The notes under the pieces: generated by a model | The model's input: only the letters and a program-made list of their open reading frames with translations | What the model was told of the DNA's origin: nothing | Database searches by the model: none | Position numbers and translations under genes: made by a program | In this document: piece after piece, positions 27,434-41,199 of the stretch | Position numbering within the stretch: position 1 is the first letter of the stretch | How the letters are laid out: every line of letters starts with the position of its first letter | Assembly (NCBI RefSeq): GCF_001194135.2 | Contig: NC_068991.1 | Span: 40,969,278 to 41,033,277, forward strand | Length of the DNA: 64,000 nt | Source: Octopus bimaculoides | Taxonomy: Eukaryota | Reading direction: 5' to 3'

Positions 27434-28631
27434 CAGGGTGTGATGGATAAACTGTCATCTTTTTTTATTTTTAATTTGATACATGTGAATTGTTTGTTTT
27501 GGATTTTGTCAACTACACAGTATAGTAGGGTCAGTTGGGCACCATCTGTGAGAAAAACAGCACCATTACGCATTTCACTCTGCCAGAAATTTGGAAACGA
27601 TATGCTGTACTGCTTGGTATTTGTACTGCAAGCTCCAATATGAACATTTCACAGTATTTGGGTGTCAATCTGAGGACAGTTCAGAGGATTCAAAATGGTG
27701 ATTACAAAGGTATGGCAGCTCAGAAAATTCACTCTGATCATTCTGGTAAGAAAAGAACTCCTCAATTTGTTGGTGACATCCAGCCCATGATTGACTCCAA
27801 TCCCTCCAAGTCAATGAGGTCCATCACCAGGGACATGGGTATGTCTGAGTTTCTTATCAGGCAGGTAGAGCATGAAGATATTCAGTATTCATCATACAAG
27901 ATAAGAAAGGGCTAATTTTTATCCCAAAACATCAAGTACAAGGGGAAAGACCATATTACAAAGCCTTTGAACAAACTCAAGCATCCCCTCCAACCAAACA
28001 TGCTTTGGTTTTTCTCAGATGAGAAAAATTTCTGCCAGGATCAGATGGTGAACACACAGAACAACTGTTGGCTTGCTGTGTCCCCAAAACATGTACCAAG
28101 AGTGATAAAAATCAAATATCCATTGGACATCATGGTTTTGGAGTGATCACTAGTGATGGTAACATTATGCCCCTATTCATCTTCCCATATGGTCTTAGAC
28201 TCAAATAGGAGGCTTACATCAAGTTCCTGGAGAAGATGGTGCTGCCCTGGGTGAAGAGGGGGATTACTGGAAGACCCTGTGTCTGGCAACATGACTCTGC
28301 AACCACATCACTCCTAACATCTGGCCACCTAGCTCCCCAGACTGCAACTCCCTTGATTATTATGTGTGAGGTGCCCAAAGATGCACTGAAAGCAAGGATT
28401 ATGGCAGCATTCACCAACTTAAATGAGGAAACCGCCCAGAAGAGTTGCAGGAGATTCTGTAGTTATCTGGAGGCCGTGGTTGAAGCCAATGGCGATTTTA
28501 CGGAATAAGTTTACTCTTTAGCATTTCAAGATATTTTTATGTAATTTTGGTAAATATATCTGTTAAAATGAGATGTCAGTGTTATTTTTATTTTTGTGTA
28601 ATTTAGACAACAATTTATTCACCGCACCCTA
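27434..28631 (+). mobile_element. Tc1/mariner-superfamily transposon (DDD-type, maT-like), decayed
   Basis: TIRs cagggtgtgatggataaa / tttattcaccgcacccta; transposase remnants with HTH region (ORF 27535..27915), WFFSDEKNF, VWQHDSA and WPPSSPDCNSLDYYV; stops, frameshifts and an internal deletion; sits in TA-rich microsatellite. Confidence 0.9.
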
Positions 28632-31600
28632 TATATATTTNNNNNNNNNNNNNNNNNNNNNNNNNNNNNNNNNNNNNNNNNNNNNNNNNNNNNNNNNNNN
28701 NNNNNNNNNNNNNNNNNNNNNNNNNNNNNNNNNNNNNNNNNNNNNNNNNNNNNNNNNNNNNNNNNNNNNNNNNNNNNNNNNNNNNNNNNNNNNNNNNNNN
28801 NNNNNNNNNNNNNNNNNNNNNNNNNNNNNNNNNNNNNNNNNNNNNNNNNNNNNNNNNNNNNNNNNNNNNNNNNNNNNNNNNNNNNNNNNNNNNNNNNNNN
28901 NNNNNNNNNNNNNNNNNNNNNNNNNNNNNNNNNNNNNNNNNNNNNNNNNNNNNNNNNNNNNNNNNNNNNNNNNNNNNNNNNNNNNNNNNNNNNNNNNNNN
29001 NNNNNNNNNNNNNNNNNNNNNNNNNNNNNNNNNNNNNNNNNNNNNNNNNNNNNNNNNNNNNNNNNNNNNNNNNNNNNNNNNNNNNNNNNNNNNNNNNNTA
29101 TATATATTATATATATATGCCTGTATGTGTAAATATAAGTACTTTATATATACATATGTATATATATGTATATATATATATGTGTGTGTGCGTGTATGTA
29201 TATAATAAACATACACACACATATATATATTTATAAATTGATAGATATAGATATACATACATGCATATATACACACACACAAACACACACACACACACAC
29301 ATATACATACATATATATACACACATACATACATTATGATTAACTGTAAATACCACTCTATCTATTTCCCCTCTGTGTTCCTAAAGATCATCAAATGATT
29401 CATTCAATCCATTATTTCTAGACAGTCTTGAAAATGATAGCTACCTTATTTGAATAATGTTCCCTCTAAATTTGTATGCCAAAAATGGCACCATTTTAGA
29501 AAATTTGAAAACAGGGAATTCTAATCTTTTAATAAATCTTATTCAATATTAATATACCTTCAATGATGATCAATTTAATAACTCCAAAACATTGGTATCG
29601 TTTAATACTCTCAAATAGGTACCACTAAATCTTAAGAAAAATTTTTGAAAGAGCAACTTATTGTTGTTGTTATTATTGCCTTGAAAAGATAATTTTTTGT
29701 TTTTAATTTTAAAGTTTTAAGTAGAAATTAGTAGAAATTGCAGAATAAAATTTATCTATATATAAAATCCTGTTAGGATATTTGTTTTAATTAGCATCAT
29801 TAGTTTGTATGTATATGCGTGTGATTCTGCATTGTTATTAATGAATACAAGGATCTAATTAGGATTTTTGGTTGGATTATTTTATTACTCTTATATACTT
29901 CATGTCTTTGGGGTAAACATGGATGTCCAAAGAGGGAATCTATATATGCTCATTATACTTGCTAAAAATAATTGCTAAATTTCTCTTAAAGTACACACTA
30001 CCATCTTAAAAAGAAATACATTGAAATATATTATCCCAGATAGTAAGAAAAAAGTGAAGATTTTCATAGTTGGAATGCCCTTAAACATAGGTCTCCTGGA
30101 ACAGTGGCTGGTTTGCATCTTAAAAGTATTCACAGCATAAATATTGAAGTTTTCCTATTTCCCTGTCTACTATTCATCTCATGTTTCAGGTTAAGAGAAT
30201 AAATAAGGACATTAAGTACAGAAGTACAACCAGACAGACTTGTATGAGATGTGCACAGGGCAACAAGACCATCTGCATGCACTTGTTCTGTGCCTTATTT
30301 GTGGGGTTATGTCAAACATGACCCCACAAATTCATGCAGGACAAATCTGACAATCAGCTAAATCCATTGTAATAATTGCCCTACCATCTTCCTTTAACTG
30401 GGTAGAGAAGGCAGTTTTCCTCTGTCTGGTGTCTATAGTGAAAGAGGTTGTGTAAAGGATGAAGTTGAAAAGTTTAGGGATAGATACTTTCCTCATCAGT
30501 TGAGCCAACATCAACTTTTTCAAATTTCATTTGAAAAGGAAGGTGAAGATGGAGAGGGAAGTGCTGTCTTCAAGTGAAATTTAGAAAACTCTGAGCCTCA
30601 AAAATGGTATGAGGAACAATGCATCTGATGGTTGGAGAATGACAGTTATAGAGCACATTTACTCTTGGTATTTAGAGTGATTTTAAATCTAAGTGGTTTC
30701 TTGATTGGCTATAGATGAAGGTCCTTTTGTATCAGGAGGGTTGCATCATCATCAATTATTATTTGTATACTGTGTATAATTATATTTCATTCTTTTAGTA
30801 TTCAGTTTTGTGTGTGAACCCTTTCACTTTATGTCTGTCTTTGTAATTGTCTCCATTGTCTATTGACCTGATGGGAAAATTGTTAGAGTGTTGGAATAAA
30901 TGCCTTGTGATATTGCAACTCTTTATGTTCTGAATTCAGTTCCTGCTAAGGTTGATATTACCTTTCATCGTTCTGAGGTTAATAAAATAAAAAGTACCAG
31001 TCAAATACTGGGATGATGACATCAGATTACCCACTCCTATCAAAATTATTGACCTTGTGCCTAAATTAGGAATCATTATTATCGTGGTTGTTGTTTTCAT
31101 ATCTGAGCTGCATAAACTCCATAAGTTAATACTTGTTTCTATCTAATTTCTTTAAAAATATTTTAATTTAAATTTTTTGATTTTTTCGGCTTTTTTTTTT
31201 GGTTTGCTTTTGAGTTTATTTGTAAAATAAGTATGGCTACCTCTTTGTCTGCTACTTAGCAAACAACTATATCATACAAAAATGTCAACATTGTAAGTTT
31301 TTGAAAATAGGAGAGTGATGGGTAGTAAACTTCATGGTCATTGTAGCAGTCCATCAAAGGTTATTGATTGTGAAGGAAAAAGTATGATTTTCTTGAAAAA
31401 ATTCTTCACAAATATTTATCAGCCACATCACAAAGTGCAATACTACCACCACCATTAACAACTACAATAATAGCAACAGTACTACCAGAAACAATAATAG
31501 TGAAACCAGTATAAGATCTCATTTCATTGCTTCTAATGAAAAGGAATTTCCTGCTCTGCCAGTTTCAAAGGAGGAGCAACAGTAGCAATAACATTAACTC

Positions 31601-32509
31601 AATAACAACAGTTACAATGTCAATGAAATGAATGACAAGAGTAAGGAGAGAAAGAGAAATAAGAACAACACTGCCACTATTACCAATGCTTCCACTACTG
31701 CAGTAATGACGAAATGTGTCATTTGCCTCTCCATTCATCAACCAGTATCATTTTCAGCAGCAGTACCACCACTGCCACTACCAAAAGCACCACCACTATC
31801 TCATTCATTGTGTTGTTGGAATCACCTGCAACAACAGCAGTAGCATAAACAACATTTACAGCAAAAACCAGCTCCTTTACTGGAGATGCAAAATAATCAA
31901 ACTAGTCTCTCCAGAAAATAAACAAACAAACCTAAGAGAGACTTAAAAGCTCATCTGGAGAGACAAAAGAGAGCAACATAGGCAGTACCCCCAGAGTTCT
32001 GGGGATACTGCCTATGTTGAAAATGTCTTAGAGAATAGCAACACATTGTCTAGGAAAACAGTGTATGTTACTTAAGAACTGTTGAGTATAAAGAGACACA
32101 CACCCAAGTGATATTGCTATGCACAAAAGGATGCTAGGAACTGTACAGCATGGCCCACAGAAGTGAGCTGTGTAATCTTGCAGTTACAAACATTGAACAT
32201 ATTTTCTGTAAGAGTGAGGCACAACACATATAATAATAAATATCTTCTTCAGCTTAAAGAACTTACCCATTATAGTATAGCTGATAGAAAATAGGACAAC
32301 CTTTGTCTCTGAAGCAGCTACCACTATGTATGATGACAATAATAATAAGAAGAAAAAGCAGAAAGACAGAGAGATTCCCCTTTTTCTCTATCACATGACT
32401 CTGTAAATGAATAATCTAGTGTGTTTATTTTAATGACCTACCAATGTATACAGTGCATTTCTCTGCCGTAGGTATCAGGAAGACACTCGGCAAGAAATGG
32501 AAACAGAAT

Positions 32510-32542
<33 letters not shown>

Positions 32543-32745
32543 AATAATGATAAATAATAATAATAGTAATTAATAATAATGATAAATAATAATTAATAAA
32601 TAATAATAATCATAGTAACTGATAATAATGATAAATAATAATTAATAATAATGATAAATAATAATTAATGAATAATAATAATAATTAATAATGAAAGATA
32701 ATAATTAATAAATAATAATAATGATAATGATAATAATAAATGACA
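32510..32745. repeat. (GAT)n plus (TAA)n/ATAATGATAA low-complexity tract
   Basis: Directly visible. Confidence 0.9.
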
Positions 32746-32999
32746 GAAAAAAATTGTAGTTCAATTATGTTCTTGTTAACAACATACAAAGCTCTAAACA
32801 TTGGCTGGTTCTCTTTGGTCCACCATGTAACCAAGACCCAGCTACTAGTTCACCAAAGATCTGTTTGGGAAGTGGACATGTAGCAAGCATGCTACATGTC
32901 CGCTCCACAACAGTGGGAATTTGCTCAGGAAAGCATATATACACAACATATTAACTCTCTTGAACACAGTTGAGTTGGGAATTTTAGCCTGCTACCTAA

Positions 33000-33345
33000 T
33001 GTCAAGAATTATTCACAGGTACCCTTGGTGGAAAATGATTAAATTGTTTGGCATGTCTTTGGTAAACTGTCCAGGTTTCACAACCATAAAGTAGTGTAGT
33101 CATCACAATAGCTTTGTATTTGTCAAATTTTGTTTTTATAGTCAAATCATGTCCTTTGCAAATCTTGTGATGATGATGTCCAAAGATAGAGATGACTTTT
33201 GCTACCCTTGTATTCACTTCATCATCAATGTGAACACTTCTTGACAGTGTATTTCGAAGGTAGGTGAATCTCCCTACAGCTTGGAGAAAATCGGTGGTGG
33301 TGCTGCCCACTATAATAACCAGAGCATCCCAATGAGCACTTAGAT
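33000..33345 (-). mobile_element. RTE-BovB-like LINE fragment
   Basis: FTYLRNTLSRSVHIDDEVNTRVAK...TTLLYGCETWTVYQRHAKQ (ORF 33002..33379). Confidence 0.88.
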
Positions 33346-33712
33346 TGATTGTTTGTAACTGCAAGATTACACAGCTCACTTCTGAGGGCCATGCTGTACA
33401 GTTCCTAGCATCCTTTTGTGCATAGCGGTATCACCCCTTTGATGGCTGCCAACCTCTTTGAGAATTTTTGCTTTGTTTTTGTGATAGTTGCATTGGGTTG
33501 CTGATTTTGGTATCCTGATATATACAGAACTCTCTAAGGAAGTCTTGTGCAACCATCTGGAAATCATGAGATGAGAAACGAATGAGCTGGTAGCCATAAA
33601 TTGATTGTCAGGAGTTGTTCAATGTAAGACTTTCCAGGAGCAGGCTAGTACATGACTTCAGTCTTTTTGGGACTGATTGTAAAACTGAAATTATGACAAT
33701 CTGATGCAAATA

Positions 33713-33719
<7 letters not shown>

Positions 33720-33747
<28 letters not shown>

Positions 33748-33940
33748 GGGTCTCTGCATTTGTCCCCACCACCACTTGACAACTGGCATTGGTTTGTTTA
33801 CATCTTTGTAACTTAGTGGTTTCAGCATGGTCTCATGCTTACAAAAATAAGTACTGTGGTGAATTTGTTCACTTAAACTCTTCAAAGTAGTGCCCTAGCA
33901 TGACCACAGTCCAATGACTGAAACAAGTACAAGAGAAAAG
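33720..33940 (+). mobile_element. SINE 3' half
   Basis: tttgtccccaccaccacttgacaactgg...aatgactgaaacaagt matches the tails of the 10105 and 46745 copies. Confidence 0.7.
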
Positions 33941-36809
33941 ATACACACACATAGGAATTAAAAAAAGCCAGTAAAAACAATATATTAAAAATAAAAAAAT
34001 AAGTATACTGCCTATAAATTAAATTAGTTCTAAGAACTCCTCAATACTAACTAGAAAGTAATTAGAAAAACATACTGGCTGACCTGATAAATTACTAGTT
34101 TCAGTATTGGTAAAAGAATAGAAAATATAATATTGTTTGCAAGATGATTCACCATTCTCTCTGAACATTAAAAAAAAATGATGTAATTGAGTAGCCAACA
34201 TTAGGATTTGATATTAATGAAAGGAGAAATAATTATCCAAATAGGAAATTGTTACAAAATAACTTATGTAAGATTTACAAAAGAACCATCTCAGAAATTA
34301 AGGCAAGGTTTATATTTAGTTTAGAAACAACTAAAGAAATCTATTTTCTCATGTTAAAGAAATGGTTAGATAGGAAACAAAGGCTGGCTGTGCTGAGAGA
34401 TCTGAGAATAAAGATAAAACATTAAGGCCAAAATTAAATAAATAGTAGAAACAATGTATAAGAAATTTAACATAACCAAAGAAACTCAAAATAAATTTCT
34501 TGGATGGTAACCAACAGGACTGCATAGGGCAGTGATAAATATATAATGCTGACATAAGGGACATAGAATCTCTTGTCTAAAAGAGAAACATTAAGCTTCA
34601 TCAATATTACATATATCCAGAACTTACCCATGGGAAACTACATGACAGAATGTTAGCTGATGGTTGTTGTCATTTAGTCTGGTTCAACCCTGATTGAGTA
34701 GAGCTATTATCAGAGCATATCTTTTCAAACATTGTGTATCCCAAATTACATTATCAGATTATTTATTTTTAAGATGGTAGGATGTGTAAAATAGAGAATA
34801 TTTGGTTACAATTTCTAGCAGATCTAGTGATCACATAAAGGCTCCTTCTTTGACTTAGCCAGGAGATAATTACAGACTGTGCATGAATGTCAAAAACCAT
34901 TTCTCTGCTTTGTGTCAAGGTATTCAATCTTGGCCAGATGTGTATACAAACTCTAATAACTAAATGATATAAGATGAAGATATTCATACAAAATAGTTTC
35001 TGATAGTATCCAAATAACAATAAGACCAAAATTCTAAAATATTCTCATGCAAATGAGAAAAAAAAAACAGTCTCTTGTGACAATAACTTTGCCTAGAAAT
35101 ATGTAAGCAAACAAAATTAACTTCCATCTACATCATCTTTATTTTCTGATATCACTGGAGTTATTGTCCCTGCTTTTAGATTTTAAAACCCCCCAGAAAC
35201 AGTGTTTATTGATTGCATGAATAATCTCAGTTAAGTCAAGTTTTGGTTACATATGTGAGATCCACTGTATGGGTAAAATTAGAACTTGTCAAGGCAAATC
35301 ACTGAAAATGCAATTAAAAACTATCCTCAAAAGAAATAGCCACAAGAGAGAATAAAAAACATTTCAGATATCATTTATTTCACATACAAGGCATAACTGA
35401 ACAAAACCTGTTTCATAAATAATATTCATGAAGCTCACTGATGAAAAACAGCATTGCTTTTAACTGAGACACAACGAAATAAGCAAGAAAAGAACATGGC
35501 AATATAAGATATTTTTTTCAATGTCATTATTTTTTTGTTTGTTTCTGTCTTATTAAAGATTATGTTTCATGCATGCATTAAAGATAAAATCATTGGTCAA
35601 ATATAATGTAAAGCTACCTAGCTCCTCATAAACATTTGTTGCTATTTTATTTTCATACTAGTTTTAATGAGAATAGCTGTAACTTTTTATATGTTTCCCT
35701 CTCTTTCTTTTCTATTTCTTCATGTGTGTGTGTGCACGTGCGCACATGTGCATGCGCATGTGCGTGCGTGAAGATGTGCAACATGACTTTCTTTGGTTTT
35801 TCTGTCCCTGCACTGCACTCAAATGGAATTACTCTTGCTACATACTTAAAAGCTTGATACTGTTTTCTTGAGTTATTTGGTTCTATATTACCTTACTGTT
35901 TCTGTTCTCCTGTCTTTATGACTTGCCATTTTTTCAAATCTAAGAAATGAATAAATGCATGGGAAATTGTTATGCTTATTTTTACAAATATAATCATAAA
36001 TTGATTTCTTATTCTTTTTTTGTCTTTAAGACTGTAAAGAATTAAAAATAAAATACCTGTTGAGTAAGCATTTTGTTTTTTGAAATTAAGTTAATATTGA
36101 TATTTATTGATAAAATACTACATTTTATTATTGATATTGTTATCAATGTCATTATTAGTATCAACTACAGTATTAAATTTCTAATATTTACTGGAGTAAA
36201 TTTACAAAGACTTTTACCATGTGATTAGAATTTATATTTCAACAGTATTTATTGTAGAAAATGATTTGTCATAAAAGAATAGGCTTTTGAATTAAATATA
36301 TGGATAAAACCAACTGCATTCATCAACTTAGACCAATAATACATATGCACAAGATTTCAGTTTACATGAGAAGCAAATTATATGATATTTACGCTTTTCT
36401 TAATAGAATTATTGAAATACAAAAACATGTGCAATATAATAAAACTCAACTCAAGATTCTCTGTTACAGCATAATGTGGCCAAATGTTTAGGAAGTTAAC
36501 TTTGTAACCATTATATCCTGGATTTGCTGTCCCCTTTACATGGAATCATGGGCAAACACCATTTTCTCTAACCTTGGGTTGAGTGAACTCGAGTAAATAG
36601 GAGCTGTATAGAAGCCTGTCAGATGGATTGTACCTGTAATTCAAAAGGTACAGCCTTATCACAAACACTCTATGATGCCGACTCTGCCTTAGAATTATCT
36701 TAAGGATGCATGCATCTAGAGAATGCTTAGTCACTTATATGTTAGTTCAGGAGTAGATAATTCAGTTGATTGAACAACTGAATCATTATCACACAACACA
36801 AGATCCCCC

Positions 36810-36935
<126 letters not shown>

Positions 36936-37699
36936 AGAATTACAATTTCCAGTGGGCACATTTAAAGTCTTTCCAAACCGGTTTGGGTTAGCTGTCTTGA
37001 TTCAAGTCAGTTCTTATTCAAAGTTAATACCTTCCTACATGACTTCTATGGCTAGATGCCCTTTTTTATCACCAGTAATTTTACAGAGTGCACTGAGTAC
37101 ATGTAACATGGCACCAACACTATAGAAGTTGTCATGTCTTCAAAAAGACTAAAAGTACTTGTTGACTTTATGCCAGCTCTACCAATTTGCCTACCACCTT
37201 ACAAAGTCTACTGGGTAATTTTATTGTGACACTGGCACCAGAGATGTCATATTCTTGACAATACAATGATGCTCTCAACTATGATGTTTCTGCTCATTCA
37301 CTAACCGGTTTACAGAGCATACTGGGTACATTTTATTGTGGCACTAATACTAGTGAGGTTAGCTCCTGCCTCACTACTTTATATTGGTCTGATGCCTCAG
37401 TACAATATGACCAAGAGGGTGGATAGCAGATAGATGATAACAGAAGAAAACTACCTCACTGTCCCACTACTACATTGCCCATAGTTTGGTTGGAACCTTG
37501 CACCAACCTCAGATCTGGTTTTTAGTCTTCAACAGATTGTCCCACAGAAATTTTCAGTTGCCCTGTATGCTATGTGTTTGTTTCTTTTGTCTTTCCATCA
37601 AATGTTTTAATTAGTATTTCTCCAAATTTCTACTCTTCAATGGGCCATTAAATTTCCATATCTGTTGTTTCCAGACTGGTTTGTATCTCTGAGTCCTTC

Positions 37700-38050
37700 T
37701 AGCTCTAAGTCTGAAGTCACTAATCACCAACCTATATTAGATTGTGCATTCTTCACCAGGGAAATTACTTCACATTTGTAACAAACCATCTATCTTGTTT
37801 TCTGGAGAGCATGTAGCCAACCGGGCTTGTCTGTCCATCTATCATATTAATAGGTGACCAGGTGGTTGGCTGGTTTCCTGAAATTACTGTTGCAGATAAT
37901 CAAGTCATTTGCTTCACAGAACTCCAGCAGCCTTGTTCCTTTTTCATTTCTAGAAAATAGGCATTGCCTCTGTGTACATCTTGGAATCCATTAGTTTTGT
38001 CCAACATGTGTGTTAAAATCATCAGCTACAATGATAAAGTCATTGTCTTT
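37700..38050 (-). mobile_element. Decayed RTE endonuclease fragment
   Basis: ADDFNTHVG and LLEFCEANDLIICNSNFRKP on the minus strand. Confidence 0.7.
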
Positions 38051-38464
38051 CATCATCATTGAGGTAATCTGCAAAAGGGCTTCATAATTACTTGTATATC
38101 TGGACATGTGTAAGAGACCTTTGCCTGCAAGCAACTGTTCAGTGGAAACTGCAAGAAACTTATTGTATATATGCATTTGCATGTATGAGTCCTCATGTCA
38201 TTGTAATTGTAAATAAACATTTACAAGAAGCAATGTTATTCATTTGCAATCTTCTATGAAAACATGACGAACCATTGTGTTGTTCATGTTTGAAGCACTA
38301 GGAGAAATATTACTTTGCTGGGACACAGTGAAAGTTGATGACAGGAAGAATGTTTGGGTGTAGAAAATTTGCCTCACTGAATTTCATCTGACCCAAGTAA
38401 GCATGGAAATGTGGCCGTTAAAGCATTGAATACATGTATCTATGCATATACATATGTATGTGTG

Positions 38465-38498
<34 letters not shown>

Positions 38499-38789
38499 TG
38501 TCTCTTGGGAGAATCATCTTGCCATCAGAAACACATGTACTAGTTTTATTTCTTTCATTTCTTTTTATCATTCTTTGTATAACTAATTATAATAGTAAAT
38601 TGGTGCAGAGTCATTTAGTACATAGGCCGAAATGCCTTGCAGTATTTAGTTACAGCACTTTACATTCTGATTTCAAACCCTACTGAGGTCAACTTTGTCT
38701 TTTATCCTTTCAGAGTCAATGGTATTGAATAACTCTCCTCCAAACAAAATCAATGGCCTTGTACCTAAACTAGGATCAATTATTAGTAA

Positions 38790-39210
38790 ACTAATTAACC
38801 AATTAGTTTATTGATTGCTTCATTAATTGTTCAATCAATCAGTCTATCAGCTGGTTTATCAATGTTTGTTTCTATTTGCAGCCTCACAAATCACATGCCC
38901 TCTTTACATTGGGTCTGTTTCTAGGATGATGATGGTGATTGTGTGGTGTATGTATATATGTATGTATGTACGTATATGTATATATATGTATGTATATGTA
39001 TATATGTGTGTATGTATATANNNNNNNNNNTATATAATATGTATGTATGTATACATACATACATATGACACAAAAGACAGACCTGAAATAATGAGAGCAT
39101 GTCATTAATGAGGTCATGAATAGCAATGAAAGGACTCTAACAAGCCAGCTAAGTGATTAATTGACTGAACAATTAATCAAGTAATCAATTAGTAAATTGG
39201 TTAATTGGCT
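38790..39210. repeat. Diverged inverted repeat (about 140-bp arms) around a microsatellite and a 10-N gap
   Basis: aattaaccaatt...ttcattaattgttcaatcaat...cagctgg...cacatgccctc...ggtctgt matches the reverse complement of 39070-39210. Confidence 0.7.
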
Positions 39211-40244
39211 ATCTAACTGGTGAATAAAAATAAAAAGAAGTGAGCTAGAACCAATGCATGTGTTTCATGTTTCATATTGGACAAAATGACTATCTGTTTT
39301 GGCAAGATTTGAAGATGCACGAAAAATCTTGCAAAACAAATTTGAAATATATATACACACATAATATTGACATACATGCACACACACACACATATATATA
39401 TATATACTTACATGTGTTTGTGTGTATATGTATATGTACACACACACACACATAATTATATATAAGTAGTTTGATAAGAGAAAAAATTATTAAGATTAAT
39501 TAGTCAAAGTTAATAATTTGTTTTAGTGTTCATTGAATTACCATATAATTGATCGATCACATTTTGTAATAATTGTTTCATATTTTCATAGAATTTGTTA
39601 TCTTTTATTTTGTTGATTATTTATTTATGTTGCTTTACTGATTTTTTTTTAATGTTTCATAACACTATATATAAAATGTATGTCCCAGAATGGTTGAATG
39701 GTCATCAACAAAAAGTTATGTTTATTGTTTCTAGTTTACTTATCAGTATGTTTTCTTTGAGACAAAAATTTTTTCAATAAAAATTATAGAAAAAAATCAC
39801 AACGGAAAGTAAAAAGTGGCATGCCTTGTAAACTGGACATTTCTAGAAATTCTGATTCACTGAAGGTGACTCTTTAGATATAGCTACATAATGTGATTGA
39901 TGGGGTTTATTCTTTGATTTCCAGAAGACTACATGTATACTGCTTTGTCTCTGGAAAGTTTTTCAATTGGATTGTTTTACATTTACAATTCTTTTAAATA
40001 ATCTAAAGAAACTATTTGCTTATAGATTTTTCTTACTTTCTTAAATATTAGAAAAGTGACTGTTAGAAATTTGACATGAAATATGCACAAGTTTAAAACT
40101 ATTAAGGGCTTTTGTACTTCAACAGTCTTCAGTTGGTACTCACTATTTTGTTTATTTGTTTTACTTCCTTATTTGTTTGTTCTCAGTTAATATCTACAAA
40201 TACATTCTTAGAAGGATATTTACTTGCACATAAATTATTTACAA

Positions 40245-40992
40245 TCTATATTATAAAAGAGAAGCAAATCTCCATCTGTGTCTGTCACAGCATAAAAGGG
40301 GAGAAGAAAAGTTGTTGAGAGAGAAATACAGTCAGAGAGACTGTGTGTATGTGTGTGTGTGTGAAAGAGATGGATAGACAGACAGATTATTGTTGTCACC
40401 AGAGTAACTAACAAGTTTTGATTTAAAATGCAGGAATTTTAAGTGCAAGTCTGTCAATACAACACAACACTTCTAAAAAAGATTATATGTATATATATAT
40501 ATAATATATTTAGTTGTTTTTTGTTGTGTGTGTGTGTGTTTATGTGTGTTTCTGTATTTTTTAACATATAGACAACGCAACACGAACTTTAAAAAAAGAC
40601 TTTAATTTTGAATAGAAGAGAAGGAGAAAAAGTTGTTGTGAGATATATATATATATATAGAGAGAGAGAGAGGTAGTATTGTCACCATAGTAACTAACAA
40701 GTTTTGATTAAAAATGCAGGAATTTTAAGTGCAAGTCTGTCAACACAACACAAACTTCAAAAGATGGCTATATGTATATAATACACACATACGCATGCAC
40801 ACACACACACACACACACTCACATATATTTGTTGTTGTTGTTTGTGTGTGTGTGTCTGTTTTTCTGTATCTTTCCATATACAGACCACACAACACACTTT
40901 AAAAAAATACTTTCACTTTGAACAATTTATGATGGTATGTGCATGATTAACGAATATTTTTACCAACAGCATAACAACAGGCAATGACCTAG
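40245..40992 (+). mobile_element. Probable non-autonomous Helitron derivative with an internal tandem duplication of about 320 bp
   Basis: Starts A|TCTATATTATAAAA and ends ggcaatgacCTAG|T (A/T target, no TSD). Two units at about 40300-40620 and 40621-40925. The 3' hairpin is not clearly preserved. Confidence 0.55.
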
Positions 40993-41199
40993 TAATTACA
41001 ATATGAATTAGGAAAATATATTTGTGATACTTATTTCTGAATATCATAACAAATTTATAATTCCACAGTTTTGAAGCTTAATGGAATGAATATTGTAATT
41101 TCTTTTCTTAAATCAATTTGCTACTTCACCTATCACTGTCAATGATGACCAAGGACATCACACAGGAGAAAAAGATTGGGCATGGTGTGTCCACTGTGA

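Noticed and set aside
26312-27573. Long ORFs rich in Y/I/M/C/V/H/T (also at 9878-10256, 25526-25742, 29107-29334, 46055-46381)
   Set aside because: Translations of (TA)n, (TG)n and (TATATG)n microsatellites, which lack stops in some frames.
30200-30523. Cys/His-containing frames (LPCAHLI, CMRCAQG) suggesting a SWIM or zinc finger
   Set aside because: Short, interrupted by stops, with no further motif support; possibly unrecognised TE debris.
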